DNA of 64,000 nt from an uncultured Actinomycetes bacterium (lineage in GTDB: Bacteria; Actinomycetota; Thermoleophilia; Gaiellales; Gaiellaceae). Position numbers and translations under genes: made by a program. The stretch's first letter is position 1, and each line of letters begins with the position of its first letter. The notes beneath the pieces are model-generated. The model made no database searches and was not told the origin of the DNA. It saw only the letters and a list, made by a program, of their open reading frames with translations. This document shows positions 27,376 through 39,277 of the stretch, one piece after another. Location of the stretch: positions 12,372-76,371 of the forward strand of contig CAVZCH010000005.1 of NCBI GenBank assembly GCA_963773825.1, written 5' to 3'.

Positions 27376-30162
27376 CTAGACGTCGTGTATTCCCGCAAGT
27401 CGAGCCGGGAGCTCGGTGCGCGAGCGGATGCCCAGCTTGCGGTAGATCTTCGACAGGTTCCACTGCACCGTCTTGGGGCTGATGAAGAGCGCGTCCGCCG
27501 TCTCCCGGTAGGACAGCCCGGAGGCGATGAGCTCGGCGACCCGCTGCTCCGTTGCGGTCAGCTCCTGGGTTGTCGAAGCCCGGCCGCCGATGCGTTCAAG
27601 CTCGGCTCGTGTTCTCGCCGACCACATGGCTGCTCCGAGCTCGTCGAACGCACAGAGTGCGCTTTCGAGCGCCTCGCGGGCCGCGCGCTTCTTCCTGTCA
27701 CGGCGGTGCACGTTGCCGAGAACGAGGAGCGTGCGCGCGCGCTCGAACGGCTCATCGAGCCGCTCGTGAAGCACGAGAGCCTGCTCGAGCTCCTGGTAGG
27801 AGGTGAGAAGGTCGCCGCGGGCAGCGCTCAGAAGCGCGCGGCCACGGCAGGCCATGACGAGGACCCAGGGGCGCTCGAGGGTCGCACCGAGCTGGTCGAG
27901 TTCGGCGAGCAGGGTGTCGGCGTCATCCAGCTGGCCGAGCGTGATCTTCGCCTCGATCGCGTCGCCCAGAAAGCGGAATAGAGCCGGCTCGCGGAGCCCG
28001 CTCTCCTCGACCGCCGCCCCGAGGCGGCTGAGTGCCCGGTCCGCCTCGCGTGCGTTTCCGAGTGAGAGCTCGAGGAAGCCGAGAATTGCGAGCAGCTCGA
28101 AACCGGCGGATCGGCTGCCCAACTCGTCCGCCAGTCTCAGCCCCTCCTCGATCTTCGCTCGTGCGGGCTCGACGAGTCCGAGGTGGGTATCGACGAGCGC
28201 TTCGACGACGAGCGAGTAGGAGACGTGCACTGCGAGCCCGCTCTGCAGGGTTGTCTCGCGTGACTCACGAGCGTGCTTCCTCGCTTGTTCCCAATCGCCG
28301 GTCAGCAGCTCGATGCGTGCGAAGTGGAAGAGGATGAACGGCAGCGCGTGCTCGTCGCCCTGGTCGACCGCGGCTCGGTAGAGCGCCTCGAAGTGGGTGC
28401 GGGAGGCGCTCAGCTCGCCCGCCCATTCCAGAAGCATCGCGTGGATCCAGTCTGGCCGGCCGAAGATCTGCGACCACTCCGGCGAGTGGCCCAGCGCGAC
28501 GGCGCGTTCGATCGTCGCCAGCGGGATTCCCTCGCCCGTCAGCGCCTCGAGAAAGGCGATATGGGAGAGCGCCCCGGCCAAGAGCGCCGGCTCGCCGAGC
28601 GACTCGGCGAGCTCGAGCGCGCGTCGAGCGTGGATCTCGGCTGCGGCGATGCCCTGTGTCTGGTGAAGGCACCAGGCCAACCCCTCCTCGATCTCGATCC
28701 GAAGTGCGATGTCATCGGCGTCTTCGGCCAGCGCGGCGCGAAAGACCTCCTCGGCGGCCTGGAACCCCTCGGTGTGAGCGCACACCCAGCCGAGCCGTGT
28801 CAGCGCCGTTGACCGCTCCCAGCCGGGCGGCGACTCGGCGACGACCTCCTCCAGCAGCACCCGGGCGCGATCGACCTCGCCGGCGTCGAAGCGCCTTTCC
28901 GCCGCCTCGACACCGCGCCGTCGCGCCTCGCGGTCCGCGTCCGCGGGCGTGAGCCTGCGAGCCTGCTCCCAAAGGTCGGCGGCGGAACCGGGCGCCCCTC
29001 GGGCCCGGGCCCGGATGGCGGCCTCGTCGAGCGCGGCGGCAACCGCGAGGTCGGGGCCTTCCGCCGCCAGCACCAGGTGACGCCCGCGTTCCTCGGGATC
29101 ATCGAGTATCCCTGCCAGGCGTCCGTGCAAGCTGCGCCGCCGACCTGGCGCCATCTCGATGTACGCAACCGAGGCGAGCAATGGATGCGAGAACCGCAGG
29201 CGACCGTCGTGCAGTTCGAGGATTCCTGCCCTGGTCGCCGCCTCGACTGCAGCGGCTGAGTCGCCGAGGACGGCATCGACGAGCTCCGTCGTCGGTCGCG
29301 AGAGCGCTGCGACGATCTCCGTCGCCTCGCGCGCAGGTGGTGGCAGGCACTCCAACCGTTCCCGCACCAGATCGTGGAGGCTCGCAGGGATCGGGATCTC
29401 GTCATCCGTCTCCTGCGGGCCGCCTCGTTCGATCATCGCTCTCGCGATCTCGATCGCGAAGAACGGGTTTCCGCCAGAGCGCGCGTGAAGACGCTCGAGG
29501 AGCCGCGCGGAGAAACGCACGTCGAGGCGGGCATCGAGCAGCGGCCCGAGCTCCCCAAGCTCGAGTGATCCGATCGGGACGCACGCGAACCGGCCATCGG
29601 GCAGTGCCCGTGCAAGATCGAGCGGGACGTCTGCGACAGCATCTCCCCGCCTCACCACGAACAGCCCGATCCGCTCCTGTGTTAGGCGCCGAGCGACAAA
29701 GGCGAGCACTCTCTCGGAGGCGGGATCGAGCCACTGGACATCGTCAATGCCGACGAGCACCGGCCGTTCACGAGACAGCACCGCGAGCACACCGAGCGTG
29801 GCGAGGGCGACCGCGCGCTGCAAAGGTTGCTGCCCCCCCGGCTCCCTCAGCAGCAGCGCCACCTCGAGGGAACGACGTTGTGGCCCGGGAAGCTCGGCGA
29901 TCGCATCCAATTCGTGTGCCAGCAGATCGCCGAGCGCGCTGTACGCCATTTCGGTCTCCGCCTCGATCGGCCGGCACGACAGCACGCGATACGAGCGATC
30001 CGCGGCCGCAGCGAGGCCCGCCCTCCACAGCGAAGTCTTCCCGATTCCGGCTTCCCCCTCGAGAAGCAGCGCAACCGGACCTTCTTCGATCGCGCCCAGG
30101 AACCCGTCCAAGCTCCGACGCTCCGCGTTCCGGCCAATGATCGACTGGCGCTCCTCGAACAC
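27376..30162 (-). CDS. Large ATP-binding LuxR regulator (AAA_16 + TPR + LuxR HTH)
   Basis: IIGRNAER, LEGEAGIGKT, IDDVQWLD, GGNPFF, LTATEQRVAELIASGLSYRETADALFISPKTVQWNL. Confidence 0.9.
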   Translation of the reverse strand: MFEERQSIIGRNAERRSLDGFLGAIEEGPVALLLEGEAGIGKTSLWRAGLAAAADRSYRVLSCRPIEAETEMAYSALGDLLAHELDAIAELPGPQRRSLEVALLLREPGGQQPLQRAVALATLGVLAVLSRERPVLVGIDDVQWLDPASERVLAFVARRLTQERIGLFVVRRGDAVADVPLDLARALPDGRFACVPIGSLELGELGPLLDARLDVRFSARLLERLHARSGGNPFFAIEIARAMIERGGPQETDDEIPIPASLHDLVRERLECLPPPAREATEIVAALSRPTTELVDAVLGDSAAAVEAATRAGILELHDGRLRFSHPLLASVAYIEMAPGRRRSLHGRLAGILDDPEERGRHLVLAAEGPDLAVAAALDEAAIRARARGAPGSAADLWEQARRLTPADADREARRRGVEAAERRFDAGEVDRARVLLEEVVAESPPGWERSTALTRLGWVCAHTEGFQAAEEVFRAALAEDADDIALRIEIEEGLAWCLHQTQGIAAAEIHARRALELAESLGEPALLAGALSHIAFLEALTGEGIPLATIERAVALGHSPEWSQIFGRPDWIHAMLLEWAGELSASRTHFEALYRAAVDQGDEHALPFILFHFARIELLTGDWEQARKHARESRETTLQSGLAVHVSYSLVVEALVDTHLGLVEPARAKIEEGLRLADELGSRSAGFELLAILGFLELSLGNAREADRALSRLGAAVEESGLREPALFRFLGDAIEAKITLGQLDDADTLLAELDQLGATLERPWVLVMACRGRALLSAARGDLLTSYQELEQALVLHERLDEPFERARTLLVLGNVHRRDRKKRAAREALESALCAFDELGAAMWSARTRAELERIGGRASTTQELTATEQRVAELIASGLSYRETADALFISPKTVQWNLSKIYRKLGIRSRTELPARLAGIHDV

Positions 30163-30438
30163 TGCGTGGGCCTCTCGACGGTTCTCGATCGCAGACGCGG
30201 CGACCCCGGTGACTTGCCTGTGCGAAGCGTAGGACATTGGCTGGGCGAGGCCCGCGTCACGAACTCGTGGAGACCTGCGGCCCGTCACTCCTCGCACGGT
30301 GGGGACACCCGACCATGTTCATACGACGGTCCCCAACTGTGAGTGTGCCGGACGCCTGTGGGGGATGCCGGCCCGGCACGCCGGGACGCGGACGCTGACA
30401 CCGGGTGCCCGGTTCCCGGCTTGTGCGAGACTCGCTCC

Positions 30439-30876
30439 GTGCGCGTGACGATGCTCCTGGCCGACTTCGCCCAGGTGTCCGACGGCAAGCTCACCGTCGT
30501 CGGCGGCGGCTGGTCGCTCACCGGGCCCGAGCCGGTGCCGTTCGGGATCGCGATCCTGATCCGAGTGCCGTGGGACCAGGCCAACCAGCGCCACGTGATG
30601 CGTCTCGAGCTCCTGGACGCCGACGGCAACGCCGTCGAGATGGAGACGGACGACGACTCCGAGCCGGTCGTGTTCTTCGACGACGTGCCGTTCGAGGTCG
30701 GCCGTCCGGCGGGCCTCAAGCCCGGCACGCCGCTCGACTTCCCCGTCGCCGTCAACTCCGGCCCGCTGCCGCTCGACCCGGGCCGCTACGAGTGGCGCCT
30801 GACGATCGACGGCGAGGCCGACGACGACTGGCGCCTGCCGTTCTCGGTGCGGCTGGAGGAGGAGGATGGGCTGTAG
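30439..30876 (+). CDS. Conserved hypothetical protein (DUF6941-like)
   Basis: MLLADFAQVSDGKLTVVGGGW...PLDPGRYEWRLTIDG. Confidence 0.75.
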   Translation: MRVTMLLADFAQVSDGKLTVVGGGWSLTGPEPVPFGIAILIRVPWDQANQRHVMRLELLDADGNAVEMETDDDSEPVVFFDDVPFEVGRPAGLKPGTPLDFPVAVNSGPLPLDPGRYEWRLTIDGEADDDWRLPFSVRLEEEDGL

Positions 30877-30882
30877 TCACCC

Positions 30883-30959
30883 GGTGTCGGACTTCAGTCC
30901 GACACCCACGTGCGCCGCCGCCCGTTGCAGGTCGTGCGTGTCCGACTGAAGTCGGACAC
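30883..30959. repeat. Inverted doublet of REP-like palindromes
   Basis: GGTGTCGGAC-TTCA-GTCCGACACC (30883-30906) and GTGTCCGAC-TGAA-GTCGGACAC (30938-30959); degenerate copy at 24965-24988. Confidence 0.7.
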
Positions 30960-32019
30960 CCGACGGCGCCTGGCATCGGTCGCGGTGGCGGTCGCATGCG
31001 CTGTCGCCGGTGCGGCCACGACGCGCGCAGCGCCGTCCGAGCCGCTCGCGCAGCTCGTCGGAGCGCGCCTCGTGGTCGGGATCGACGGGACGACGGCGAC
31101 GCCGTCGCTCCTCGGGCGGATCCGCCGCGGCCAGGTCGGTGGTGTCATCCTGATGGGCCGCAACGTCCGCAGCGCGCCGCAGGTGCGCGCCCTCACCGCA
31201 ACGCTCCGCAGCGCGGCGACGGCGGGCAGGCATCCGTTCCTCCTCATGACCGACCAGGAGGGCGGCGCGGTACGCAGGTTCCGCTGGGCCCCTCCGGCAG
31301 CCTCGGCGGAGGAGCTGGGTCGCCTCGGGGAGGCGGCGATCCGCCGTCGCGGGCACGACACGGCGACGGCGCTCGAGCGGCTCGGAATCGATGTCGACCT
31401 CGCGCCCGTCGCGGACGTCCCGGGCACCCCGGGATCGTTCGTCTCGGCGCAGCACCGGGGATTCTCGGCGGTTCCCGCCCGGACGGCGAAGGACGCGACC
31501 GCATTCGCGGCCGGCCTGCTGGACGGCGGCGTCGCACCCACCCTCAAGCACTTCCCCGGGCTGGGGCTCGCACTCACGTCGACCGACGACGCGGCGGTGA
31601 CGATCGATGCCGGCGCGGCTGCGCTGGCACCGGGGCTCGTCCCGTACCGCCGCGCGATCGCCGCGGGCGTCGTGCCGCTCGTGATGGTCTCGAACGCCGC
31701 GTACACCGCGTACGGCGGGAAGCCCGCGGCATGGTCGCCGCGCGTCCTCTCGCTGCTCGGCGGGCTGGGCTTCACGGGCGTGACGATCACCGATGCGCTC
31801 GAGCCCCTCGCCACGACGCACGGTGTCACGCTCCCGCAGGCGGCGGTCCGGGCCGCCCGGGCGGGGGTCGACCTCCTCCTCTTCGTCGGCTCCGAGCGGT
31901 CGACCGCGAGCGTCTACGACGCGCTCCTCGCAGAGGCGCGCGCCGGACGGCTGCCGCGGGCGTCGCTCGAACGGAGCGCCGCGCGGATCGCCGATCTCGC
32001 AGCGACCTACGCGGGCTAG
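30910..32019 (+). CDS. GH3 beta-N-acetylhexosaminidase-like protein (NagZ-type domain), exported; start uncertain
   Basis: GGVILMGRN, TDQEGGAVRR, DLAPVADV, KHFPGLG, GVTITDAL, AGVDLLL. Confidence 0.85.
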   Translation: MRRRPLQVVRVRLKSDTRRRLASVAVAVACAVAGAATTRAAPSEPLAQLVGARLVVGIDGTTATPSLLGRIRRGQVGGVILMGRNVRSAPQVRALTATLRSAATAGRHPFLLMTDQEGGAVRRFRWAPPAASAEELGRLGEAAIRRRGHDTATALERLGIDVDLAPVADVPGTPGSFVSAQHRGFSAVPARTAKDATAFAAGLLDGGVAPTLKHFPGLGLALTSTDDAAVTIDAGAAALAPGLVPYRRAIAAGVVPLVMVSNAAYTAYGGKPAAWSPRVLSLLGGLGFTGVTITDALEPLATTHGVTLPQAAVRAARAGVDLLLFVGSERSTASVYDALLAEARAGRLPRASLERSAARIADLAATYAG

Positions 32020-32194
32020 ACGATCGATTCCGACCAGGCGTGACGTCCGGGGGCGTCACCGACCGAGCAGGGGGCACGGCCGTGCCCGGTTCGTACCCGA
32101 AGGTACGGGCCGGGTGCGGACGCGACGCCATGCGACGCGTCGGGGGCGCCGTCCGGTTCGCGCCCGGCCGGAATCGATCATCTACCCTCCCGCG

Positions 32195-33022
32195 GTGCCG
32201 AGCCCGCGCCAGATCGTCCGCTCCACCGCGCTGTACGGGCGCAGCGCGGTGCGCGTCGCACGCCGCGGACGCAGGCTCGGCTCGGAGGAGCGGGTCGTGT
32301 TCGTCGTGGGCTCGCCGCGCTCGGGCACCTCGTTCACGGGCAGGGCGCTCGGCTCGCTTCCCGGGTTCGTCGACCTCGACGAGGTGCAGCCGTGGAAGGC
32401 GGCGATCCCGATGCTGCTCGGGAAGCCCGATGCAGAGATCGCCCCGCGGCTCCGGCGCATCCTGGAGCGGGTCCGGACGCTCGGGCTCGCCGGTGGCCTC
32501 CGCGGCGTGGAGCAGACGCCGGAGACCAGCTTCGTGCTCGCCGCGGCGCTCGGCGCGTACCCGGAGGCGGTCGCGGTGCACGTCGTCCGCGACGGGCGGG
32601 ACGTCGCGACGTCGCTGCTCGAGCGGGGCTGGCTGAGCGCCGAGCGCACCGGGGCCGACGACGCGCGCCTGCCGTTCGGGCCCTACGCCCGGTTCTGGGT
32701 CGAGCCCGGCCGGGAGGGCGAGTTCGCGCAGGTCTCCGATGCGACGCGCGCCGCCTGGGCCTGGCGCCGCTACGTGACCGCCGCAGGCGCCGTTCCGGAG
32801 CGCACGGTCGTCGTCCGCTACGAGCAGCTCGTGAGCGATCCGGCCGCGGCGGCCGCACCGGTCGCGGAGATGCTGGGCGTCGACGCGGAGCTCGTCGCGG
32901 CCGCCTTTGCGGAGGCGCACGACACCTCCGCCGGGCGCTGGCGGCGTGACCTCACGCCCGAGCAGCTCGCGGACGTGGAGAAAGAGGCCGGGGACGCCCT
33001 CGCCGCGCTCGGCTACGCCTGA
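32195..33022 (+). CDS. Sulfotransferase family protein
   Basis: VFVVGSPRSGTS (5'-PSB), HVVRDGRDVATS (3'-PB), VRYEQLVSDP; TACCCT-N6-GTG. Confidence 0.88.
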   Translation: MPSPRQIVRSTALYGRSAVRVARRGRRLGSEERVVFVVGSPRSGTSFTGRALGSLPGFVDLDEVQPWKAAIPMLLGKPDAEIAPRLRRILERVRTLGLAGGLRGVEQTPETSFVLAAALGAYPEAVAVHVVRDGRDVATSLLERGWLSAERTGADDARLPFGPYARFWVEPGREGEFAQVSDATRAAWAWRRYVTAAGAVPERTVVVRYEQLVSDPAAAAAPVAEMLGVDAELVAAAFAEAHDTSAGRWRRDLTPEQLADVEKEAGDALAALGYA

Positions 33023-33702
33023 TCGAGCCAGAGGCGGAAGCCGCCCAGGAAGGCGGCCTCGTTCTGGCCGAGCCTGCAGTTCGCGGGCAGCTCGTCGAGC
33101 CGTTCCGCGTTGCCGCCGCCGACCACCACGTAGTCCGGGAGCAGCCCCGCCGTGAGCTGCTCGATCGTCTCGAAGACGGCCTTGCGCCAATGCTTCTCGC
33201 CGAGTCGCTCGCGGCCCCGCTCGCCGACGTAGTCCTCGTAGGTCGCCTTGCGGAAGGGAAGGTGTCCGAGCTCCATCGGGGCGATCGTCCCTTCGAGGAT
33301 CAGCGTCGACCCGAGGCCCGTCCCGAGGCCGAGGAACAGCATCCGCCCGCCCTCGTAGCTGCCGTACGCCTGCATCGCGGCGTCGTTCACGACCTTCGTC
33401 GGCCTGCCGAAGGCCTCCTCGTAGTCGAGCCCCGCCCACCCCTTGCCGAGGTTGACGGGGTCGCGGTGCACGCGCCCGTCCACGACGGGCGCGGGCACGC
33501 CGACGGATATCCGCGTGTACTCCCAGTCCTCGGTCAGCTCGAGCACGCCGTCGACCATCTGCTTCCCGGTGAGCTTCGTGCCCGACACGAAGCGCCGGCG
33601 CTCGTCGAGCCCGTTGAGCAGCACCTTGACGTGCGAGCCTCCGACGTCGACGGCGAGGACGTCGGACACGCGCGGCTCGACCGGGTAGCGCCGCTCGCTC
33701 AT
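33013..33702 (-). CDS. ROK-family polyphosphate glucokinase-like kinase
   Basis: VLAVDVGGSHVK, VNDAAMQA, LGLGTGLGS, ELGHLP. Confidence 0.85.
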   Translation of the reverse strand: MSERRYPVEPRVSDVLAVDVGGSHVKVLLNGLDERRRFVSGTKLTGKQMVDGVLELTEDWEYTRISVGVPAPVVDGRVHRDPVNLGKGWAGLDYEEAFGRPTKVVNDAAMQAYGSYEGGRMLFLGLGTGLGSTLILEGTIAPMELGHLPFRKATYEDYVGERGRERLGEKHWRKAVFETIEQLTAGLLPDYVVVGGGNAERLDELPANCRLGQNEAAFLGGFRLWLDQA

Positions 33703-34367
33703 TCCTCCTCCCCCACCGCCGCCGCGTCCGCCACGGCCAGCGCCCGCTCGGCGCTCACCCGGCCCGCGGGGATCGAGCGATCGCCGTCCCGCAGCAGGCG
33801 CATGGCACGCGTCTTGTCGTCGCCCGTCACGAGCCAGAGAATACGCCGGGCGCGATCGAGGGCCGGGTACGTCAGCGTCATCCGCCGATGCCCCTGGTAG
33901 CTGCCGGTGACGGCGACGTCGCGATCGGTGACCTCGAGCACCGGGTCGCCTGGCACGAGCGAGGCCGTGTGCCCGTCGGGCCCCAGCCCGAGATGGACGA
34001 GGTCGAAGGCGTCGGGAAGCGCGGCGGCGTAGCGCGACGCGGCCGCCTCGAGATCGTCGGCGCCGACGGGCATCGCCCGGACGTCGGCAGCGGCCCCCGC
34101 CGGGAGGCTCTCGAGCAGGTGGGTGAGGTTCCGGTCGGGGTCGCCGTCCGGCGCGACCCGCTCGTCGACCTGGAAGATCGTCACCCTGTCCCACGGCAGC
34201 GTGGCGGGCAACTCGGCGAACATCGCCCACGGCGTCCGACCGCCCGACACGGCGAAGGTGAAGCGGCCGCTCGCCGCGACCGCGGCTGCGGCCTCCCCTG
34301 CGACGACCTCCGCCCCGCGACGCGCGACGGCCCCAGCGTCGGGGAGCACCTCGACCTCGAGGGCCAC
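33699..34367 (-). CDS. pgl: 6-phosphogluconolactonase
   Basis: AVSGGRTP, FQVDERV, LGLGPDGHTASL, RMTLTYP. Confidence 0.9.
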   Translation of the reverse strand: MALEVEVLPDAGAVARRGAEVVAGEAAAAVAASGRFTFAVSGGRTPWAMFAELPATLPWDRVTIFQVDERVAPDGDPDRNLTHLLESLPAGAAADVRAMPVGADDLEAAASRYAAALPDAFDLVHLGLGPDGHTASLVPGDPVLEVTDRDVAVTGSYQGHRRMTLTYPALDRARRILWLVTGDDKTRAMRLLRDGDRSIPAGRVSAERALAVADAAAVGEEE

Positions 34368-34369
34368 GA

Positions 34370-35407
34370 CTACGAGGCCTGCTTCTCGTCGTGGCCGCCG
34401 AACTGCTTGCGCATCGCGGAGAGCAGCCGGTTCGCGAAGTCGTCCGTGCCCCGCGAGGCGAACCGCGAGTAGAGCGCGGTCGTGAGGACCGGCGCGGGGA
34501 CGCCCTCCTCGATCGCGGCGATCGACGTCCAGCGGCCCTCGCCCGAGTCGGAGACCCGGCCCGCGAACTCCTCGAGCGTCGGCGACTCCTCGAGGGCCTG
34601 GGCCGTCAGATCGAGGAGCCAGGAGCCGACGACGCTTCCCCGGCGCCAGACCTCCGCGACCTCCCGCGTGTCGATCTCGTACTCGTACAGCTCCGGGCGC
34701 TCGAGCGGTGCCGTCTCCGCATCGGCGTCGCGGGCGCGCATGCCCATGTCGGCGTTCGCGATGATGTTGAGCCCCTCGGCGTACGCGGCCATGAGGCCGT
34801 ACTCGATGCCGTTGTGCACCATCTTCACGAAGTGGCCGGCCCCGTTCGGCCCGCAGTGGTAGTACCCGTGCTCGGCCTGGCCCGGGTCGCCCGTGCGGCC
34901 GGGCGTCCTCGGCGCGGCGTCGACACCCGGCGCGATCGTGGCGAAGATCGGGGAGAGGCGGTCGACGACCTCCTTCTCGCCGCCGATCATCAGGCAGAAG
35001 CCGCGCTCGAAGCCCCAGACGCCGCCGCTCGTGCCGCAGTCGACGTGGTGGATCCCCTTCTCGCGCAGCGCGGTCGCGTGCCGGATGTCGTCGACGTAGT
35101 GCGTGTTGCCGCCGTCGATCACGACGTCGCCGTCCTCGAGCACCTCCGCGAGCGCGTCGATCGTCGTGTCGGTGATCCCGCCCGCCGGGACCATCACCCA
35201 CACCGCGCGCGGCTTTTCGAGCTTCGAGACGAAGTCCTCGAGCGAGGTCGACCCCGTGGCCCCGTCCGCCTCGAGCGCCTTCACGGCGTCGGGCGAGACG
35301 TCGTAGCCGACGCACCTGTGCCCGTCTCTCATCAGGCGGCGCACGATCCCGGCGCCCATCCGACCGAGACCGACCATTCCGAGCTGCATGGGGGTGTCCG
35401 TGGGCAC
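34370..35407 (-). CDS. gnd: 6-phosphogluconate dehydrogenase (decarboxylating, short type)
   Basis: [43 protein letters not shown]. Confidence 0.95.
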   Translation of the reverse strand: MPTDTPMQLGMVGLGRMGAGIVRRLMRDGHRCVGYDVSPDAVKALEADGATGSTSLEDFVSKLEKPRAVWVMVPAGGITDTTIDALAEVLEDGDVVIDGGNTHYVDDIRHATALREKGIHHVDCGTSGGVWGFERGFCLMIGGEKEVVDRLSPIFATIAPGVDAAPRTPGRTGDPGQAEHGYYHCGPNGAGHFVKMVHNGIEYGLMAAYAEGLNIIANADMGMRARDADAETAPLERPELYEYEIDTREVAEVWRRGSVVGSWLLDLTAQALEESPTLEEFAGRVSDSGEGRWTSIAAIEEGVPAPVLTTALYSRFASRGTDDFANRLLSAMRKQFGGHDEKQAS

Positions 35408-36209
35408 TACTCGCTCCTTTCTCGCAGGATGAATCGCTCGACGGCGTTCGCGAACCCGTCCTCGTCGTTCGAGGTGGTGATGCGCCTCGCCGCCCGCTGG
35501 ACCTCGCGGTCGGCGTTGCCCATCGCGATCGAGAGCCCCGAGTGGGCGAACATCAGCACGTCGTTGGGCATGTCGCCGACGGTAGCGATCTCCTCGGGCT
35601 CGATCCGATACAGCCGCGCCAGGTACTGCGCGACGGCGCCCTTGTTCGCCTTCGGGTGCGTGACGTCGAGGTAGTAGGGCTGCGACCGCGACGCGGAGAC
35701 GTGGTCGCCCAGCTCCACGTGCGCCTTCTGCTCGGCGGCTGCGACCGCGTCATGGTCGTCGCTCACACCCACGATCTTGGCGACATCGGTCTCGATGGCG
35801 TCGAAGGTGTCGACCACGGTCGGCTCGAAGCCCACCGTGTCCGCCTCGTGCGCGACGTGCGGCCCGTCGGGGTCGACGACGAGCCAGTCGGTGCCGCGGT
35901 ACACCCAGACCGACAGCTCGAACGACTCGAGGAGCTCGATCGTCTCTGCGACGAACGTGTGGGAGACGACCCGGTCCTCGACGACGCTCAGATCGGGCTC
36001 CACGATCAACCCGCCGTTGAACGCGGCGATGGGTGCCGTGAGCTCGAGCGGCTCGACGAGCATCGACATGCCGCGCGGGGGCCGCCCGCTCGTCACGGCG
36101 AACCGGATCCCCGCCGCGTGCAGCTCGCCGACCGCCGCGATCGACCGCTCGCTCAGCGTCTTGTCCGACCGGACGAGCGTCCCGTCGACGTCGGAGAGGA
36201 CGAGTCGGA

Positions 36210-36213
<4 letters not shown>
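35407..36213 (-). CDS. Cof-type HAD-IIB hydrolase
   Basis: [30 protein letters not shown]. Confidence 0.92.
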
Positions 36214-37831
<1,618 letters not shown>

Positions 37832-37835
<4 letters not shown>

Positions 37836-39277
37836 CCGAGCGCGGCGCCGGGGCCGGACGGTGGCAGGTGGAGGTCACTCTCGTCGAGCATCCTGTCCCC
37901 GTTTCGGACCCAGCGCTCCTGGATCTCCTCGAGCGAGCGGCCCTTCGTCTCGGGAACGAGGTACCAGACGAACACGAACGAGACGACGCAGAGCGCCGCG
38001 AAGAGGAAGAAGGTCGTCGACTCGCCGATCGCATCGACGAGCGACAGGAAGAACTGCGCGACCAGGAACGCCGCCAGCCAGTTCGCCGCCGTCGCGACGG
38101 AGATCGCCCGGCCGCGCACGCGGTTGGGATAGATCTCGGAGATCAGCGTCCACACGATCGGGCCCATGGAGAACGCGAAGGACGCGATGAAGACCACGAG
38201 CGCCAGCACGGTGACGATCCCCCCGGCGGTGGTGCTCGTCGTGGAGTCGGGATTGGCGTCGAGCGCCACGAACGACATGCCGACCGCTGCGAGGCTGACG
38301 GTCATCCCGACGAGCCCGGTGAGCAGGAGCGGCCGGCGGCCGAACCGGTCGACCCACGCGACGGCGATCAGCGTCGCGAGCACGTTCACGACGCCCACGG
38401 CCCAGAGGGTGGCCTTCGCCTGCTGCTCGGCGGTCGTGAAACCCGCCTCGGCGAAGATCTCGTTCGCGTAGTAGATGATCGCGTTGATCCCGGTCACCTG
38501 CTGCAGGACGGCCAGCCCGATACCGACCCAGAGCGCGCGCCGGAGCGTCGGGCTCATCACCTCGCCCCAGCTCGCCTCTCCCTCGCGCTCCTCGGCGGCG
38601 AGGTCGGCCGTGATCTGCGCGAGCTCGGCGTCGGCGACCTCCGGCCCGTCCACCTTCACGAGCGACGCGCGCGCCTCGTCGTGCCGTCCCATCTTCAGCA
38701 GCCACCGCGCGGACTCGGGCATGACGAGGAACCCGACCACGAGCGCCACGCCCGGGATCACGGCGAGCCCGAACATGAGCCGCCAGCGATCCGAGCCCGT
38801 GAGCGCGTCGTCGGCGAGGTAGGCGAAGAGGATGCCGACCGTGATCGCGAGCTGGTACGTCGACACGAAGCGCCCGCGAAGCCACTTCGGCGACATCTCG
38901 GCCGCGTAGAGCGGCGCCACGACGGATGCGAAGCCGACACCGAGGCCGGTCACGACCCGGCCGGCGGTGAGCACCCCTGCCCCCGGCGCGACCGCCTCGA
39001 CAAGGGCACCCGCGGCGAACAGGACGCCGGCCGTCACGGCCGTCCAGCGGCGCCCGATGCGGTCGGCCGTGCCGCCGGCGACCAGCGCCCCGATCAGCGC
39101 GCCGAGCGTCACCCAGCTCGTGACGATCTCGCTCTCGATCGTCGACAGGTCGAGATCGACCTGCAGGAGCGGCAGCGCCCCCGAGATGACGCCCTGGTCG
39201 TAGCCGAACAGGAGCCCGGCGAGGAACGTGACGCCGCCCACACCGATCATCCACGGCGTCAGCCGTCGCCGGGTCAC
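37832..39277 (-). CDS. Sugar porter family MFS transporter
   Basis: [48 protein letters not shown]. Confidence 0.93.
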
